NCBI GenBank assembly: GCA_963827475.1
Contig: CAWHAZ010000005.1
Coordinates: forward strand, 352,001-416,000
DNA: 64,000 nt
From: an uncultured Chloroflexia bacterium
GTDB taxonomy: Bacteria > Chloroflexota > Limnocylindria > QHBO01
Direction of reading: 5' to 3'
The position numbers and the translations under genes are program-made. Shown piece after piece: positions 9,898 to 21,219 of this stretch (its first letter is position 1; every line of letters begins with the position of its first letter). The notes below the pieces were generated by a model that was given only the letters and a program-made list of their open reading frames with translations, was not told where the DNA came from and did no database searches.

Positions 9898-10605
9898 CGG
9901 ACGGCAGGGAGGTGTTCGGACTCCCGGCCCGTCGCCTCGGCAACGGCCTGATCGGGTTCGGCGTCGCGGGCCTGGCGGTCACGATCATCCTGGCCGTGGT
10001 CTGGCTCGGAATGCTCGTCGCCATGCAGGACCTGGACGAGCGGCTGGAGGCGGACCGCGAGGCCCTCGCCACGGCGCTGGTCAACACCTCGGATCTGATG
10101 GACAGCACCGCCTCCGCGATCGAGGCCACGACCGACGCACTGGACAACGTCGGCGTCGCGCTGGACGACGCGGCCATCGCTGCTCGACCGGCTGGGCACC
10201 ACCACCGCTGACCTGGCGGATGCCCTCAACGTCTCGATTCTCGGCCAGCAGCCGTTCGCCGGGGCGGCGGAGAACCTCGAGGACATCGCCACCGACCTCG
10301 AGACCTTCGCCGGCCACGCGGACACCCTGGCCGGCGACATCGAGACCCTCGGCCCGCCGCTGACCGACCTGGCGGCCGACCTGCGCACGGTGGAGGAGTC
10401 CGTCGGTGCGCTGGCCGTCCGGGTGGACGAGTTCGGCGGCGTCGAGCGCCTGGTGGGCCTGGTCCGAATCTACGCCGTGCTGTCGGCCGTCCTGGCGGCG
10501 TGGCTGGCCGTGCTGGCCGCCGGCTGCATCTGGGCCGGGCGCCAGCTGCGTGCCGCCGCGGTCACCCCGACGGCCGCCTCCGCCGAGACCACCCCCACCA
10601 GCTGA
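9894..10605 (+). CDS. Membrane protein with coiled-coil extracytoplasmic region (frameshifted)
   Basis: N- and C-terminal TM helices in ORFs 9894-10211 and 10390-10605, joined by a frameshift near 10185. Confidence 0.6.
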
Positions 10606-10765
10606 GCGCCGCCCCGCCGACGACCGCCAGCGCCCCGAGCACGACCCAGGTCCGGTCCCCGGTCATGAAGCTCGACGACACGATCACGCCGAGGCCCTGG
10701 AGAATCCAGACCACGCCGGCCAGAATGACCAGGACGCCCAGGATCATGGCTATCGCCGTGCGCAC
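10562..10765 (-). CDS. Small two-TM membrane protein
   Basis: GVVWILQGLG...SFMTG...W motif; TACCAT box 6 nt before the GTG start. Confidence 0.75.
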   Translation of the reverse strand: MRTAIAMILGVLVILAGVVWILQGLGVIVSSSFMTGDRTWVVLGALAVVGGAALSWWGWSRRRRPSG

Positions 10766-10775
10766 GCTCGGATGG

Positions 10776-10937
10776 TAGACTTTCTGCCGATCCGGACCCG
10801 TTCGTCCGGCGTCCAGAGCCTTTCCCTCCCCTCCACCACGGTGTTTCGTCGGCTCACGGGGTAGTGGTTAGACCCGTGGCCGGCCACCGAGCGAGCGGAC
10901 AGCGGATCATGTCCAACTCTCACAGTGGAGGGTCCAG
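10776..10937 (+). promoter_or_regulatory. Extended -10 promoter plus ~150-nt structured 5' leader of the CxxC-x17-CxxC gene
   Basis: TGgTAGACT at 10773-10781, nested complementary segments and an anti-SD (see findings). Confidence 0.5.
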
Positions 10938-11279
10938 GTGACCTATTCCGACCAGGTTCTCGCGTGTGTTGACTGCGGGACCGAGTTTGTCTTCTCCGCA
11001 TCGGAGCAGAGCTTCTTTGCCGAGAAAGGCTTCACATCCCCCCCGAAGCGATGTCCTTCGTGCCGCGCCCAGCGCCGCGCGTCGGGCGGCTACGGTGGCA
11101 GCAGCAGCAGCAGCAGCTACGGCTCAGGCGGTGGCTATGGCGGCGGGTATGACCGCGGCCCTCGCGAGATGCACGACGCCGTCTGTGCGCGGTGCGGCAA
11201 GGACACCCAGGTGCCCTTCAAGCCAACCGGCGCCCGTCCGGTGTACTGCAGCGACTGCTTCCGTCTCGTTCGCGGCTAG
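10938..11279 (+). CDS. Zinc-ribbon / CxxC-x17-CxxC domain protein
   Basis: CVDCGTEFVFSASEQSFFAEKGF..PKRCPSCR, Gly/Ser/Tyr linker, CARCG...PFKP...PVYCSDCF. Confidence 0.9.
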   Translation: MTYSDQVLACVDCGTEFVFSASEQSFFAEKGFTSPPKRCPSCRAQRRASGGYGGSSSSSSYGSGGGYGGGYDRGPREMHDAVCARCGKDTQVPFKPTGARPVYCSDCFRLVRG

Positions 11280-11326
11280 ATAGACCGATGGCGCCGGCTT
11301 CGGCCGGCGCGATCGAACCACGAAGG

Positions 11327-11358
11327 CGGCGCCCAACCGGGCGCCGGTTTATGTTTCT
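11327..11358 (+). terminator. Intrinsic terminator (preceded by a UUCG hairpin at 11291-11310)
   Basis: CGGCGCCC-AACC-GGGCGCCG followed by GTTTATGTTTCT. Confidence 0.7.
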
Positions 11359-11416
11359 GCACCTCCTGCTTGACCCACGTCACGAGAGCGACCAGCCCGA
11401 TGGGTATCATTCGACC

Positions 11417-13296
11417 GTGACCCGGGAACAGGATCGTGACCTGTGGCGTGAGCTCGGCCAGCAGATCCGGGTGGACTCCATCCGGGCATCGAGCGCGGCC
11501 GGCTCCGGCCATCCCACGTCGTCGATGTCCGGCGCGGACCTCATGGCCGTGCTGCTCGTCCGCCCATCTGCGCTACGACTTCGACGACCCGAGCGACCCG
11601 CGGAACGACCACCTGATCTTCAGCAAGGGCCATGCCAGCCCGCTCCTGTACGCGATGTACCTGGCGGCCGGGCGCGATCACCGACGACGAGCTCCTCACC
11701 TTCCGCAAGCAGGGCAGCCGGATCGAGGGCCATCCCACCCCGGTCCTCCCGTGGGTGGACGTCGCCACCGGCTCGCTGGGCCAGGGCCTGCCGATCGGCG
11801 TCGGTGTCGCGCTGGCCGGCAAGATGCTCGACCGCCTGCCGTACCGGGTCTGGGTCCTGTGCGGCGACAGCGAGATGGCGGAGGGCTCGATGTACGAGGC
11901 GATGGAGCACGCCGCGCATGCCGGTCTCGACAACCTGACCGCCATCGTCGACGTCAACCGCCTCGGCCAGACCGGCGAGACGATGCATGGCTGGGACCTC
12001 GAGGCCTACGTCCGCCGGGCCCAGGCCGCCGGCTGGCACGCGATCGCGATCGACGGCCACGACGTGGACGAGATCGACCAGGCGTATGCCAAGGCCGCGG
12101 CCACGGAGCTCCGACCGACGATGATCGTGGCCCGGACCGAGAAGGGTCGCGGGGTCTCCGCCGTGGCCAACCAGAACGGGTTCCACGGCAAGCCGCTCGC
12201 CGACCCGGAGGCCGCCATCGCCGAGCTGGGCGGGCTGCGCTCCATCCGCATCACGGTCAATCCGCCGGACCGCAGCGTGGAACCGCGGCCGGCTCCGGAG
12301 CCCGGGGTCGTTCGCCTCCCCGCCTATGAGCTCGGCACGACGGAGGCGACCCGCCGCGCGTACGGAGACGCCCTCGCGGCCGTGGGCAGCGCCCGCGCCG
12401 AGGTCGTCGCCCTCGACGGTGAGGTCAGCAACTCGACGTATGCCGAGATCTACCGCGAAGCACACCCGGATCGGTATTTCGAGATGTACATCGCCGAACA
12501 GCAGCTGGTGGCGGCCGCGGTGGGGATGCAGGTCCGCGGCTGGCGGCCCTTCGTCTCGACGTTCGCCGCCTTCCTGACCCGGGCCTATGACTTCATCCGG
12601 ATGGCCGCCGTCAGCCGCGCCAACATGGCCCTGGTCGGCTCGCATGCCGGTGTCTCGATCGGCGAGGACGGCCCGTCCCAGATGGCGCTCGAGGACCTGG
12701 CCATGATGCGGGCCGTCCATGGCAGCACCGTGCTCTACCCGTCCGACGCGAACCAGGCCGCCGCCCTGGTGGTCGAGATGGTCGACCGGCCCGGCATCTC
12801 GTTCCTGCGCACGACGCGCGAGAAGACCCCGGTCATCTATCCGCCCGGCGAGAAGTTCCCGATCGGCGGAGCCCGGGTCGTGCGCTCGTCCACCGAGGAC
12901 GAGGTCACCCTGGTCGGGGCGGGAATCACCCTGCACCAGTCGATCGCGGCCGCCGAACGCCTGGCCGCGGACGGGATCTCCGCGCGGGTGATCGACCTGT
13001 ACAGCATCAAGCCGATCGACGAGGACACGCTTCGCCAGGCCGGCGCCGACACCGGACGGCTGGTGACGGTGGAGGACCACTGGCCGGAGGGCGGGCTCGG
13101 CGACGCGGTGCTCGAGGTCTTCGCCGGCGAGCCTGAGCCCCCGCGCATCGTCCGGCTCGCGGTACGCGACATGCCGGGCTCGGCGACGCCCGCCCAGCAG
13201 CTGGCCGCGGCGGGCATCGACGCGGACGCGATCGTCACCGCCGCCCGCGAGCTGGTGGCCCGCACCACCCCGGAACCGGCCGAGATCAGCGGCTAG
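11417..13296 (+). CDS. tkt: Transketolase (two frameshifts near 11560 and 11670)
   Basis: SGHPTSSMS, SKGHASP, ATGSLGQG, CGDSEMAEG, IAEQQLV and GEDGPSQMALED motifs. Confidence 0.92.
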
Positions 13297-13309
13297 GAGG
13301 TATCGGTCC

Positions 13310-14413
13310 ATGAACACCCTGCAGCGCCTGTACGCCGAGTTCGGCCAGAGCCCATGGGTCGACTCCATCGACCGCGAGCTCATCGACTCGGGTGGGCTGG
13401 CCACCATGATCCGGGAGGGAATCCGGGGCCTGACCAGCAACCCCACCATCTTTGCCAAGGCGGTTGCCGCGGGCTACTACGACGAGCTGATCCGGACGAT
13501 GCACGAGGACGGCACGGACGGCCAGGCCATCTACGAAGCGATCGCGGTGGGGGACATCCGCGATGCGGCCGACCTCCTGCGCCCGGTCTACACCGCCGCC
13601 GATGGAGCCGATGGCCTGGCCTCGATCGAGGTCGAGCCGGCGCTGGCCGATGACGGGGAGGCCACCCTGCGTCGGGCGCGCGAGCTGTGGGCGGCCGTCG
13701 ACCGCCCGAACATCTTCGTGAAGATCCCCGCCACCTCGGCGGGCCTGCCGGCGATCGAGGCCGCCACCGCCGAGGGGATCAACGTGAACATCACGCTCAT
13801 GTTCTCGGTCGACGTCTATCGCGACGTGGCCCGGGCCTACATCGCCGGCCTGCGCCGGTTCGGCGAGGCCGGAGGCGACGTGTCGCGCGTGGCGTCGGTG
13901 GCGAGCTTCTTCGTCAGCCGGGTGGACACCAAGGTCGACAAGGCGCTGGACGCGATCGGGACCGATGCGGCCGCCCGCGCCCGCGGGACGGCCGCGGTGG
14001 CCAACGCCCAGCTCGCCTACCAGGCCTACGGGGAGATCTTCGGCGGGGCCGAGTTTGCCGACCTGCGGGCCGCGGGAGCGCGGGTCCAGCGCTGCCTGTG
14101 GGCGAGCACCTCGACCAAGGACCCCGCCTACCGGGACGTGAAGTACGTCGAAGCGCTCATCGGCCCGGACACCGTCGACACCATGCCCCGCGAGACGATC
14201 GCCGCGACGCTGGACCACGGGGAGCTGGGCCGAACCCTGGACGCCGACTTCGGTGCCGCCGCCGCGGCCATCGCCGCGGTCGAGGCCCTGGGCATCTCGA
14301 TGCGCCAGGTGACCGACGAGCTCATCGCCGAGGGGGTCGCGGCCTTCGCGAAGTCATTCGACGAGCTCCTCGCCACCATCGAGGAGAAGCGGCGGGCCCT
14401 CGCCACCGCATGA
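13310..14413 (+). CDS. tal: Transaldolase
   Basis: GLTSNPTIF, FVKIPAT, NVNITLMFS, ASFFVSRVD, LWASTSTK; AGGAGG SD. Confidence 0.95.
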   Translation: MNTLQRLYAEFGQSPWVDSIDRELIDSGGLATMIREGIRGLTSNPTIFAKAVAAGYYDELIRTMHEDGTDGQAIYEAIAVGDIRDAADLLRPVYTAADGADGLASIEVEPALADDGEATLRRARELWAAVDRPNIFVKIPATSAGLPAIEAATAEGINVNITLMFSVDVYRDVARAYIAGLRRFGEAGGDVSRVASVASFFVSRVDTKVDKALDAIGTDAAARARGTAAVANAQLAYQAYGEIFGGAEFADLRAAGARVQRCLWASTSTKDPAYRDVKYVEALIGPDTVDTMPRETIAATLDHGELGRTLDADFGAAAAAIAAVEALGISMRQVTDELIAEGVAAFAKSFDELLATIEEKRRALATA

Positions 14414-16078
14414 CCGATCCGCTCGCCGACGCCGTCGCCTCGCGGCTCGAGCAGTGGGCGGCCGACCGGGTCGCGGAGCGGCTGTGGGAGCGGGACGGGA
14501 CGCTGTGGGCCGCGAGCGGGCATCCGCCCGCTGACGTAGCCGCCTGGCTCGGCTGGCTCGACCTCCCCGAACGGATGTCGGCACGGATCGACGAGATCCG
14601 CAACCTGGCCGAGGCGGTGTCCCGCGACGGGTATCGGCGCGCTGCCGTGCTCGGGATGGGCGGCTCGAGCCTCGCCCCGGAGCTGTGCGGCCGCCTGTTC
14701 GACGGGATGACCGACCTGCGCGTCTGTGACTCGACCCACCCCGACGCCGTTCGCGGGTTCCGCGGCTGGGCAACGGCCGCACGGGCGATCCAGTTCGTGT
14801 CCTCCAAGTCGGGAACCACGACCGAGACGCTCGCGTTCCACGCCGCGATGGCCGACGTCGTCCCGGCCCTCGACTTCGTGGCGATCACCGATCCGGGGAC
14901 CCCCCTCGCCGACCTGGCCCGCGCCCAGGAATTCCGCGCCATCGTCGAAGGCGAGCCAGAGGTCGGCGGACGCTACTCCGCGCTGTCGGTCTTCGGACTC
15001 GTCCCGGCGGCGATCCGTGGCGTGGACGTCGAGGCGGTGCTGTCCGAGGCGCGGGCCATGGCCGACGCCTGCCGGGCGCCGGCCACCGAGAACTCCGCGC
15101 TGATCTTGGCGGCGACGGTTGGCGAGGCCGCTCTCGCGGGTCGTGACAAGCTGACGATCCTCACCACCCCGCGCCTGTCGAGCCTCGGCGACTGGATCGA
15201 GCAGCTCGTCGCCGAGAGCGTGGGAAAGAGCGGCCGTGGCGTGGTTCCCGTCGTCGGCGAGCCCCGCGGCCGGGTGGCAGGCCTATGGCGCCGACCGGTG
15301 CTTCGTGACCATCTCGCTTGCCTCCGAGCCGGACGACGGCCTGGCCGACTTCGCGACCGCCCTCCGGGAGGCCGGGCACCCGGTCGGGGAGTTCCGGCTC
15401 GATCGGCCCGAGGCCGTCGGCGGCGAGTTCATCCGCTGGGAGATCGCCACCGCCGCGCTGGGAATCGTGCTCGGGGTGAACCCGTTCGACCAGCCGGACG
15501 TGGCCGCGGCCAAGTCGGCCACCGAGGCGCTGCTCGAGGGCTTCCGGCGCGACGGCGCGCTGCGCCTGCCGATGCCGCTGGTGTCGGAGCCGGGGCTGTC
15601 GGCGTTCGGCGACGCCGAGCGCCTCGGCGACACCCCGCCCTCGGTGGCTGCCGCCGTCCGGTCGTTGCTGGAGCAGATCGGCGACGGCGACTACCTCGCG
15701 GTGCTCGCCTTCGTGCCGCCGGATCGCGGAACCTGGGCCGCCCTGGATCGGCTCCGCGCCACCGTTCGCGACGCGCTCGGCGCGGCGACCACGGTCGGCA
15801 TCGGGCCGCGCTACCTCCACTCCACCGGCCAGCTGCACAAGGGCGGGCCGGACAACGGGGTGTACCTCATGCTCACCGCGGACCCGGAGCGCGACCTCCC
15901 GATCCCCGGACGTGCCGAGACCTTCGGCACGTTGATCGCTGCCCAGGCGGCCGGCGACCTGGCCGCCCTCGAGCAGCGCGGCCGGCGCATCCTGCGACTG
16001 CATGCCGCCGACGCGGCGTCCGGCCTCGAGCGCCTCGGCCAGCTGGTCACGGAAGCCGTGGGCGCGCCGGCCGCCTAG
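14410..16078 (+). CDS. pgi: Glucose-6-phosphate isomerase (Tal-Pgi-type Pgi domain), frameshift near 15270
   Basis: LGMGGSSL, SSKSGTT, GGRYSALS, QLVAES.GK, NPFDQPDV, GPRYLHSTGQLHKGG. Confidence 0.9.
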
Positions 16079-16111
16079 GCCATCATCATCGGTACCGAAA
16101 GAGGAGAGGTC

Positions 16112-17050
16112 ATGCAGGTCGGGATCGTGGGACTGGGCCGTATCGGGGCCGGGATGGCTCGGCGCCTGGCGCGCGGCGGTCACGAGGTCACCGCCTGGAA
16201 CCGCACCGCGCAGGTCGCCACCGACCTCGCCGCGGAGCCGGAGAACGGCGGGCAGGTGACCGCGGTGGCCACCGTCGAGGAGCTCGTCGCGGGCCTGGCC
16301 GCGCCGCGGTTCGTCCTGCTCAGCCTGCCGGCCGGTGACGCGACCCAGGGGCTGATCGACCAGCTGGCGCCCCAGTTGGCCGCGGGCGACGTGATCGTCG
16401 ACACCGGCAACGCGAACTTCCGCGACAGCGCCCGCCGCGCCACCGAGCTGGCGGGACGTGGCCTGGGGTTCCTCGACATGGGGGTGTCCGGCGGGGTCTG
16501 GGGCCTGCAGGTCGGTTTCTGCGCCATGGTCGGCGGCGACCGGGCCGCGTTCGAGCGGCTGGAGCCGGCGATCGCTACCCTCGCCCCGCCCGACGGCTAT
16601 CTCTACTGCGGGCCGGCCGGGGCCGGGCACTACGTGAAGATGGTCCACAACGGGATCGAGTACGGGCTGATGGAGGCGTACGGCGAGGGATTCGACATCC
16701 TCCACGCGTCCGACTACGAACTCGACCTGGCCGCCATCGCGCGCCTGTGGAACCACGGCAGCGTCATCCGCTCGTGGCTGCTCGAGCTCGCCGCCAACGC
16801 GTTCGAGAAGGAGGGCAACGACCTCGAGGGCATCGCCGGCTGGGTGGCCGACTCGGGCGAGGGTCGCTGGACGGTGGCCGACGCCCTCGAGCACGACGTC
16901 CCGGCCCCGATCATCACCCTGGCCCTCATCCAGCGGCTCCGCAGCCGGCGCTCGCCGGACAGCTTCACCGACCGCGTCCTGGCGGCCCTGCGCAACGAGT
17001 TCGGCGGCCACGCGGTGAAATCCACCGACGCGTCGGACGGATCGGCCTGA
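16112..17050 (+). CDS. gnd: 6-phosphogluconate dehydrogenase (decarboxylating, short type)
   Basis: GLGRIG, GVSGGVWG, GHYVKMVHNGIEYG, DSGEGRWT, LRNEFGGH. Confidence 0.95.
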   Translation: MQVGIVGLGRIGAGMARRLARGGHEVTAWNRTAQVATDLAAEPENGGQVTAVATVEELVAGLAAPRFVLLSLPAGDATQGLIDQLAPQLAAGDVIVDTGNANFRDSARRATELAGRGLGFLDMGVSGGVWGLQVGFCAMVGGDRAAFERLEPAIATLAPPDGYLYCGPAGAGHYVKMVHNGIEYGLMEAYGEGFDILHASDYELDLAAIARLWNHGSVIRSWLLELAANAFEKEGNDLEGIAGWVADSGEGRWTVADALEHDVPAPIITLALIQRLRSRRSPDSFTDRVLAALRNEFGGHAVKSTDASDGSA

Positions 17051-17054
17051 GCCG

Positions 17055-18626
17055 ATGGTTGCCGTCAGCCCGCTGAGCCCCGCGCCATCGGTCAACCCCC
17101 TGCGCCAGGGGCTGCGCCAGGAGCGGATGCCCGAGCCGTGCACCATGGTCATCTGCGGCGCGACCGGGGACCTCACCCGCCGCAAGCTGGGGCCGGCCAT
17201 CTACAACCTGGCCCTCGGCGGGTTCCTGCCGCCGGAGTTCACGGTGGTCGGCTTCGCCCGGCGACCGATGACCAACGAGGAGTTCCACGACCACCTGCGC
17301 GAGGGGATCGACGAGTTCTCCCGCAACCGGCCGGTGTCCGAATCGGTCTGGTCCGCGTTCGCGGCCGGCATCGAGTACGAGCAGGGCAACCTCGACGATC
17401 CGGAGGCGTACGCCTCCCTGGCCCGCCACCTGGATCGGATCGACCGCGACCGCGGCACGGCCGGCAACCGCCTGTTCTACCTCGCGATCCAGCCCTCGCT
17501 CGTCCCCGAGGTCGTGAGCCACCTCGGCGCGGCGGGCCTGGCCGGCAGCGCGGAGCGGACGAGCGGCCGCCAGGGCTGGACCCGGCTCGTCGTCGAGAAG
17601 CCGTTCGGGTCGGACATCACCTCGGCGATGACCCTCAACCGCGAGCTCCGCGAGGTGTTCGACGAGGACCAGATCTATCGGATCGACCACTACCTCGGCA
17701 AGGAGACCGTGCAGAACCTCGCCGTCTTCCGGTTCGGCAACGGGCTGTTCGAGCCGATCTGGAACCGGCGCTACATCGACTCGGTCCAGATCACCGTCGC
17801 CGAGACCGTCGGCCTGGAAGGCCGGGGCGAGTTCTACGACCAGACCGGCGCCCTGCGCGACATCGTCCAGAACCACGTCCTCCAGCTCCTCGCCGTGTTC
17901 GCCATGGAGCCGCCGGTCGAGTTCGGGCCGAACGACCTTCGTGACGAGAAGCTCAAGGTCCTGCGCGCGGTCAGACCGATGACCCCCGAGGACGTGGCGC
18001 ACAACACGGTCCGCGGGCAGTACATCACCGGTTGGGTGGCCGGCCAGAAGGTTCCCGCCTACCGTGACGAGCCGGAGGTCGCCCCTGATTCCGAGACGGA
18101 GACCTACGTCGGACTGAAGCTCGGGATCGACTCGTGGCGCTGGGCGGGCGTGCCGTTCTACATCCGGACCGGCAAGGCGCTCGCGTCGCGGGTGACCGAG
18201 ATCGCGGTCCAGTTCCGCCGCGCCCCGCTGGCGCTCTTCGGGCGCGCCGGCACGCCCGACATGGAGCCAAACGTGCTCGCCATCCGGGTCCAGCCCGACG
18301 AAGGCATCCTCCTCCGGTTCGGGGCCAAGGTTCCCGGACCGGGGCTGAACATCCGCGGCGTGAACATGGACTTCCGCTACGGGAGCTCGTTCGCGGTGGA
18401 CTCCCCCGATGCCTACGAGACGCTGCTGCTCGACTGCATGATCGGTGACTCGACCCTGTTCACCCGCGACGACGAGGTGGTCCGGGCGTGGGAGATCCTC
18501 GATCCGATCGTCGTCGCCTGGCAGGACGGCGCGGCGCCGCTCCACTTCTACGCGGCGGGGAGCTGGGGGCCGCCGGCGGCCGACGAGCTGCTCGCCCGCG
18601 ACGCCCGGGAGTGGCGGCGGCCGTGA
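17055..18626 (+). CDS. zwf: Glucose-6-phosphate 1-dehydrogenase
   Basis: GATGDL, EKPFG, RIDHYLGKE, RWAGVPFYIRTGK. Confidence 0.97.
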   Translation: MVAVSPLSPAPSVNPLRQGLRQERMPEPCTMVICGATGDLTRRKLGPAIYNLALGGFLPPEFTVVGFARRPMTNEEFHDHLREGIDEFSRNRPVSESVWSAFAAGIEYEQGNLDDPEAYASLARHLDRIDRDRGTAGNRLFYLAIQPSLVPEVVSHLGAAGLAGSAERTSGRQGWTRLVVEKPFGSDITSAMTLNRELREVFDEDQIYRIDHYLGKETVQNLAVFRFGNGLFEPIWNRRYIDSVQITVAETVGLEGRGEFYDQTGALRDIVQNHVLQLLAVFAMEPPVEFGPNDLRDEKLKVLRAVRPMTPEDVAHNTVRGQYITGWVAGQKVPAYRDEPEVAPDSETETYVGLKLGIDSWRWAGVPFYIRTGKALASRVTEIAVQFRRAPLALFGRAGTPDMEPNVLAIRVQPDEGILLRFGAKVPGPGLNIRGVNMDFRYGSSFAVDSPDAYETLLLDCMIGDSTLFTRDDEVVRAWEILDPIVVAWQDGAAPLHFYAAGSWGPPAADELLARDAREWRRP

Positions 18627-19823
18627 GCGTGGAGATGCACGCCGCTCCCTACTGGGAGATGCGCGGCACCACGGTCCGCGCGGTGGAGGCGGAGCTCGCC
18701 CGCATCTGGCACGAGGCCACCACCGAAGGGGACAGCGTCACGGAGAAGGGCGCGCCCAACGCGCGGACCTCGGTGATGAACCTGATCATCACCGCGCCCG
18801 ATCAGCAGGCCGGCGACCGGATCCTGAAGACCCTGCTGGCGCTCGGCACGCGGCATCCGTCGCGGGCGATCATCCTGCACGCCGATCCCCACGCGGACGG
18901 CGACTCCCTCGACGCGCGGATCGCGACCCACTGCCACGACGGTGAGAACGGCAATGGTCGGGTCTGCTTCGAACAGCTGGCGCTCACCGTCCGCGGCGAG
19001 GCGGCGCGGCACCTGGACGGCATCGTCGCCCCGCTGCTCATCCACGACCTGCCGATCGACGTGTGGTGGCCGGGAGATCCGCCGTTCGACGATCCGGTGT
19101 TCAACCAGCTGGTCGAGCTCGGCGACCGGCTGGTGGTCAACGCCTCGGACTTCGGGAACCTGCCCGCCGGCCTGAAGCGGCTGGCCGCCATCCGGCGCCG
19201 CTCGGGCGTGGGGGACGTCACCTGGGAACGGCTCGCGCCATGGCATGAGCTGACCGCCCAGTTCTTCGACGCGCCGCGCTTCCGCCGCTACCTGCCCAAC
19301 CTGTCGCGCCTGGTCATCAGGTACGCGGTCCCGGAGAACGGCAACGAGGCCGAACCACCGAACTCCGACACTCATCCTCGGGACGCGCTCCCCGGCGGCC
19401 GCGGCGCTGCTGTACGCCGGATGGATCGCGACCAGGTTGGCCTGGCGGCGGGCCCAGTGGCGCGAGCCGCCGGTCGAAGGGGGCCTCCGTCTGGTGCTCG
19501 AGGGGCGCTACGAGATGGTCGACGTGATCGTCGAGCCGGTGCGGACCTCCGCCGTCCCGCCGGGTGAGCTGACCTCGGTCCGGCTGCGCGCCTTCGGCGA
19601 GGCGGGCTCCGCCGAGTTCATCGTCGACCGCCCGGAGTTCGAGGCGGCGGTCGTGGCCAACGCCGACGGGATGACGGCCTACATTCGCCGCATCCCGCTG
19701 CTTCCCGAGAGCGAGGCCGAGGTCATCCGCCGCCAGCTCAGCCTCGACCAGCGCGACCTGACCTACGAGGACGCCCTGCGCGCGGCGGCGATCCTGGCGT
19801 CGACCACGGCGGACGCCGGATGA
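18623..19823 (+). CDS. opcA: G6PDH assembly protein OpcA (frameshift near 19380)
   Basis: RHPSRAI and LLIHDLPIDVWWPG motifs; located between zwf and pgl. Confidence 0.85.
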
Positions 19824-20557
19824 CCAGCACCATCACCGTCCTCGGCGATCCGGACGAGGTCGCCCACGCCGCCGCCGATGCCTTCATCGAGGCGGCCAGG
19901 ACGTCAACTGCCGCGCGCGGACGGTTCTTCGTCGCGCTTCCCGGTGGTCGAACCCCGCTGCCCACCTTCGAGCTGCTGGCCGGCGAACCGCACCGCTCCC
20001 GCGTTCCGTGGGATCGGGTCGAGCTGTACTGGGCCGACGAGCGGGCGGTCGGGCCTGACGATCCGAAGTCGAACTACCGCTCGGCCCGCGAGGCCTGGCT
20101 GGACCGCATCCCGGAGCTGTCCCCTCATCGGGTGCATCGGATGATGGCCGAGGCCGTCGACCTCGACACCGCCGCCCGCCACTACGAGGCCGAGCTCCGC
20201 CAGGAGGTGCCGGCCGGACCCGACGGGGTGCCGATCTTCGACCTCATCTGGCTGGGGATGGGAGCCGATGGGCACACCGCCTCCCTGTGTCCCAACGACG
20301 GCGCGCTGGCGGTGACCGACCGCCTGGTGGTCGCGACCTGGCCGGCCGGGTACGACACGGAGCGGCTCACGCTGACCTATCCGGTGCTCAACGCCGCCCG
20401 CCAGGTCCTGTTCGTCGTGACCGGGGCCGACAAGGCGGCCACCGTGGCCGCCGTCCGCGCCGGCGCGGATCTCCCCGCCGCACAGGTGCAGGCCGCCGAC
20501 ACCAGGTGGCTGCTCGACAGGGCCGCTGCCGGGGTGGAGTCGGCCCAGCCGGCGTGA
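19820..20557 (+). CDS. pgl: 6-phosphogluconolactonase
   Basis: GGRTP, WADERAV...SNY, LGMGADGHTASL, RLTLTYPVLN. Confidence 0.95.
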   Translation: MTSTITVLGDPDEVAHAAADAFIEAARTSTAARGRFFVALPGGRTPLPTFELLAGEPHRSRVPWDRVELYWADERAVGPDDPKSNYRSAREAWLDRIPELSPHRVHRMMAEAVDLDTAARHYEAELRQEVPAGPDGVPIFDLIWLGMGADGHTASLCPNDGALAVTDRLVVATWPAGYDTERLTLTYPVLNAARQVLFVVTGADKAATVAAVRAGADLPAAQVQAADTRWLLDRAAAGVESAQPA

Positions 20558-20814
20558 GCACCGCCTTCCTGGTCGCTGCCCTGGTGGCCGGCGCCGCGGG
20601 CGCGGTCATCGGGCTGCCCGCCTGGCGAAGCTGGCAGGCGCGGGCGGCCGCGGACCGGAACACGGAGCGCTATCTCGCCTGGCGCGGCCGCGCCGATCGG
20701 TCCGCGCCGAGCGCCCAGCAGATGACTCCCGCCGAACGGCGCCGGATCGCGGTCGGTGCCGCGTTCGCGGTGGTGGCCATCATCTGCCTGGTCATCGGTC
20801 TGACGACCGCCTGA
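20554..20814 (+). CDS. Small membrane protein
   Basis: GTGA overlap with the pgl stop; two hydrophobic helices flanking YLAWRGRA. Confidence 0.6.
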   Translation: MSTAFLVAALVAGAAGAVIGLPAWRSWQARAAADRNTERYLAWRGRADRSAPSAQQMTPAERRRIAVGAAFAVVAIICLVIGLTTA

Positions 20815-20835
20815 CCGGCTGCCGAGGACGGACCG

Positions 20836-21209
20836 ATGCGAGTGGAGCTGCTCTTCTGGGACGCCGACCCGGAGTACATGACCGCCCGCCAGCGGCTGGT
20901 CGAGGTCCTGATCGAGGACGCGTTCGAGACGCCGATCCAGATGATCGCGGTCAGCACCGCGGAGGACGCCGAGTTCCTCGCCCTCCCGGGCTCGCCGACG
21001 ATCCGGCTTGACGGCGCGGACATCGATCCGGACGGCGCGGGCGAGGTCGGGCTGTACCTGCGGACCTACCCCGCCGGCGCCGACGAGCCGCCGCAGCGCT
21101 CGCCCTCGAAGGCCCTCATCCGGGCGGCGGTCGACCGGGCACGGGGCTGGAGCCACGGTCGACGAGAGGAGCCGGCTCCGAACCAGCGGAGGATGCCGGC
21201 CCGGGTTAG
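20836..21209 (+). CDS. Thioredoxin-fold-like small protein lacking the usual cysteines (stop hidden by a 1-nt indel)
   Basis: MRVELLFWDADP...FLALPGSPTIRLDGADI...GLYLRTY; the alternative frame ends EPAEDAGPG* at TAG 21207-21209. Confidence 0.6.
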
Positions 21210-21219
21210 ACTCGCCGGC

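Noticed and set aside
11098-11117. (AGC)n microsatellite as a phase-variation tract
   Set aside because: It is an in-frame Ser run in a Gly/Ser linker, so length changes would not switch the frame.
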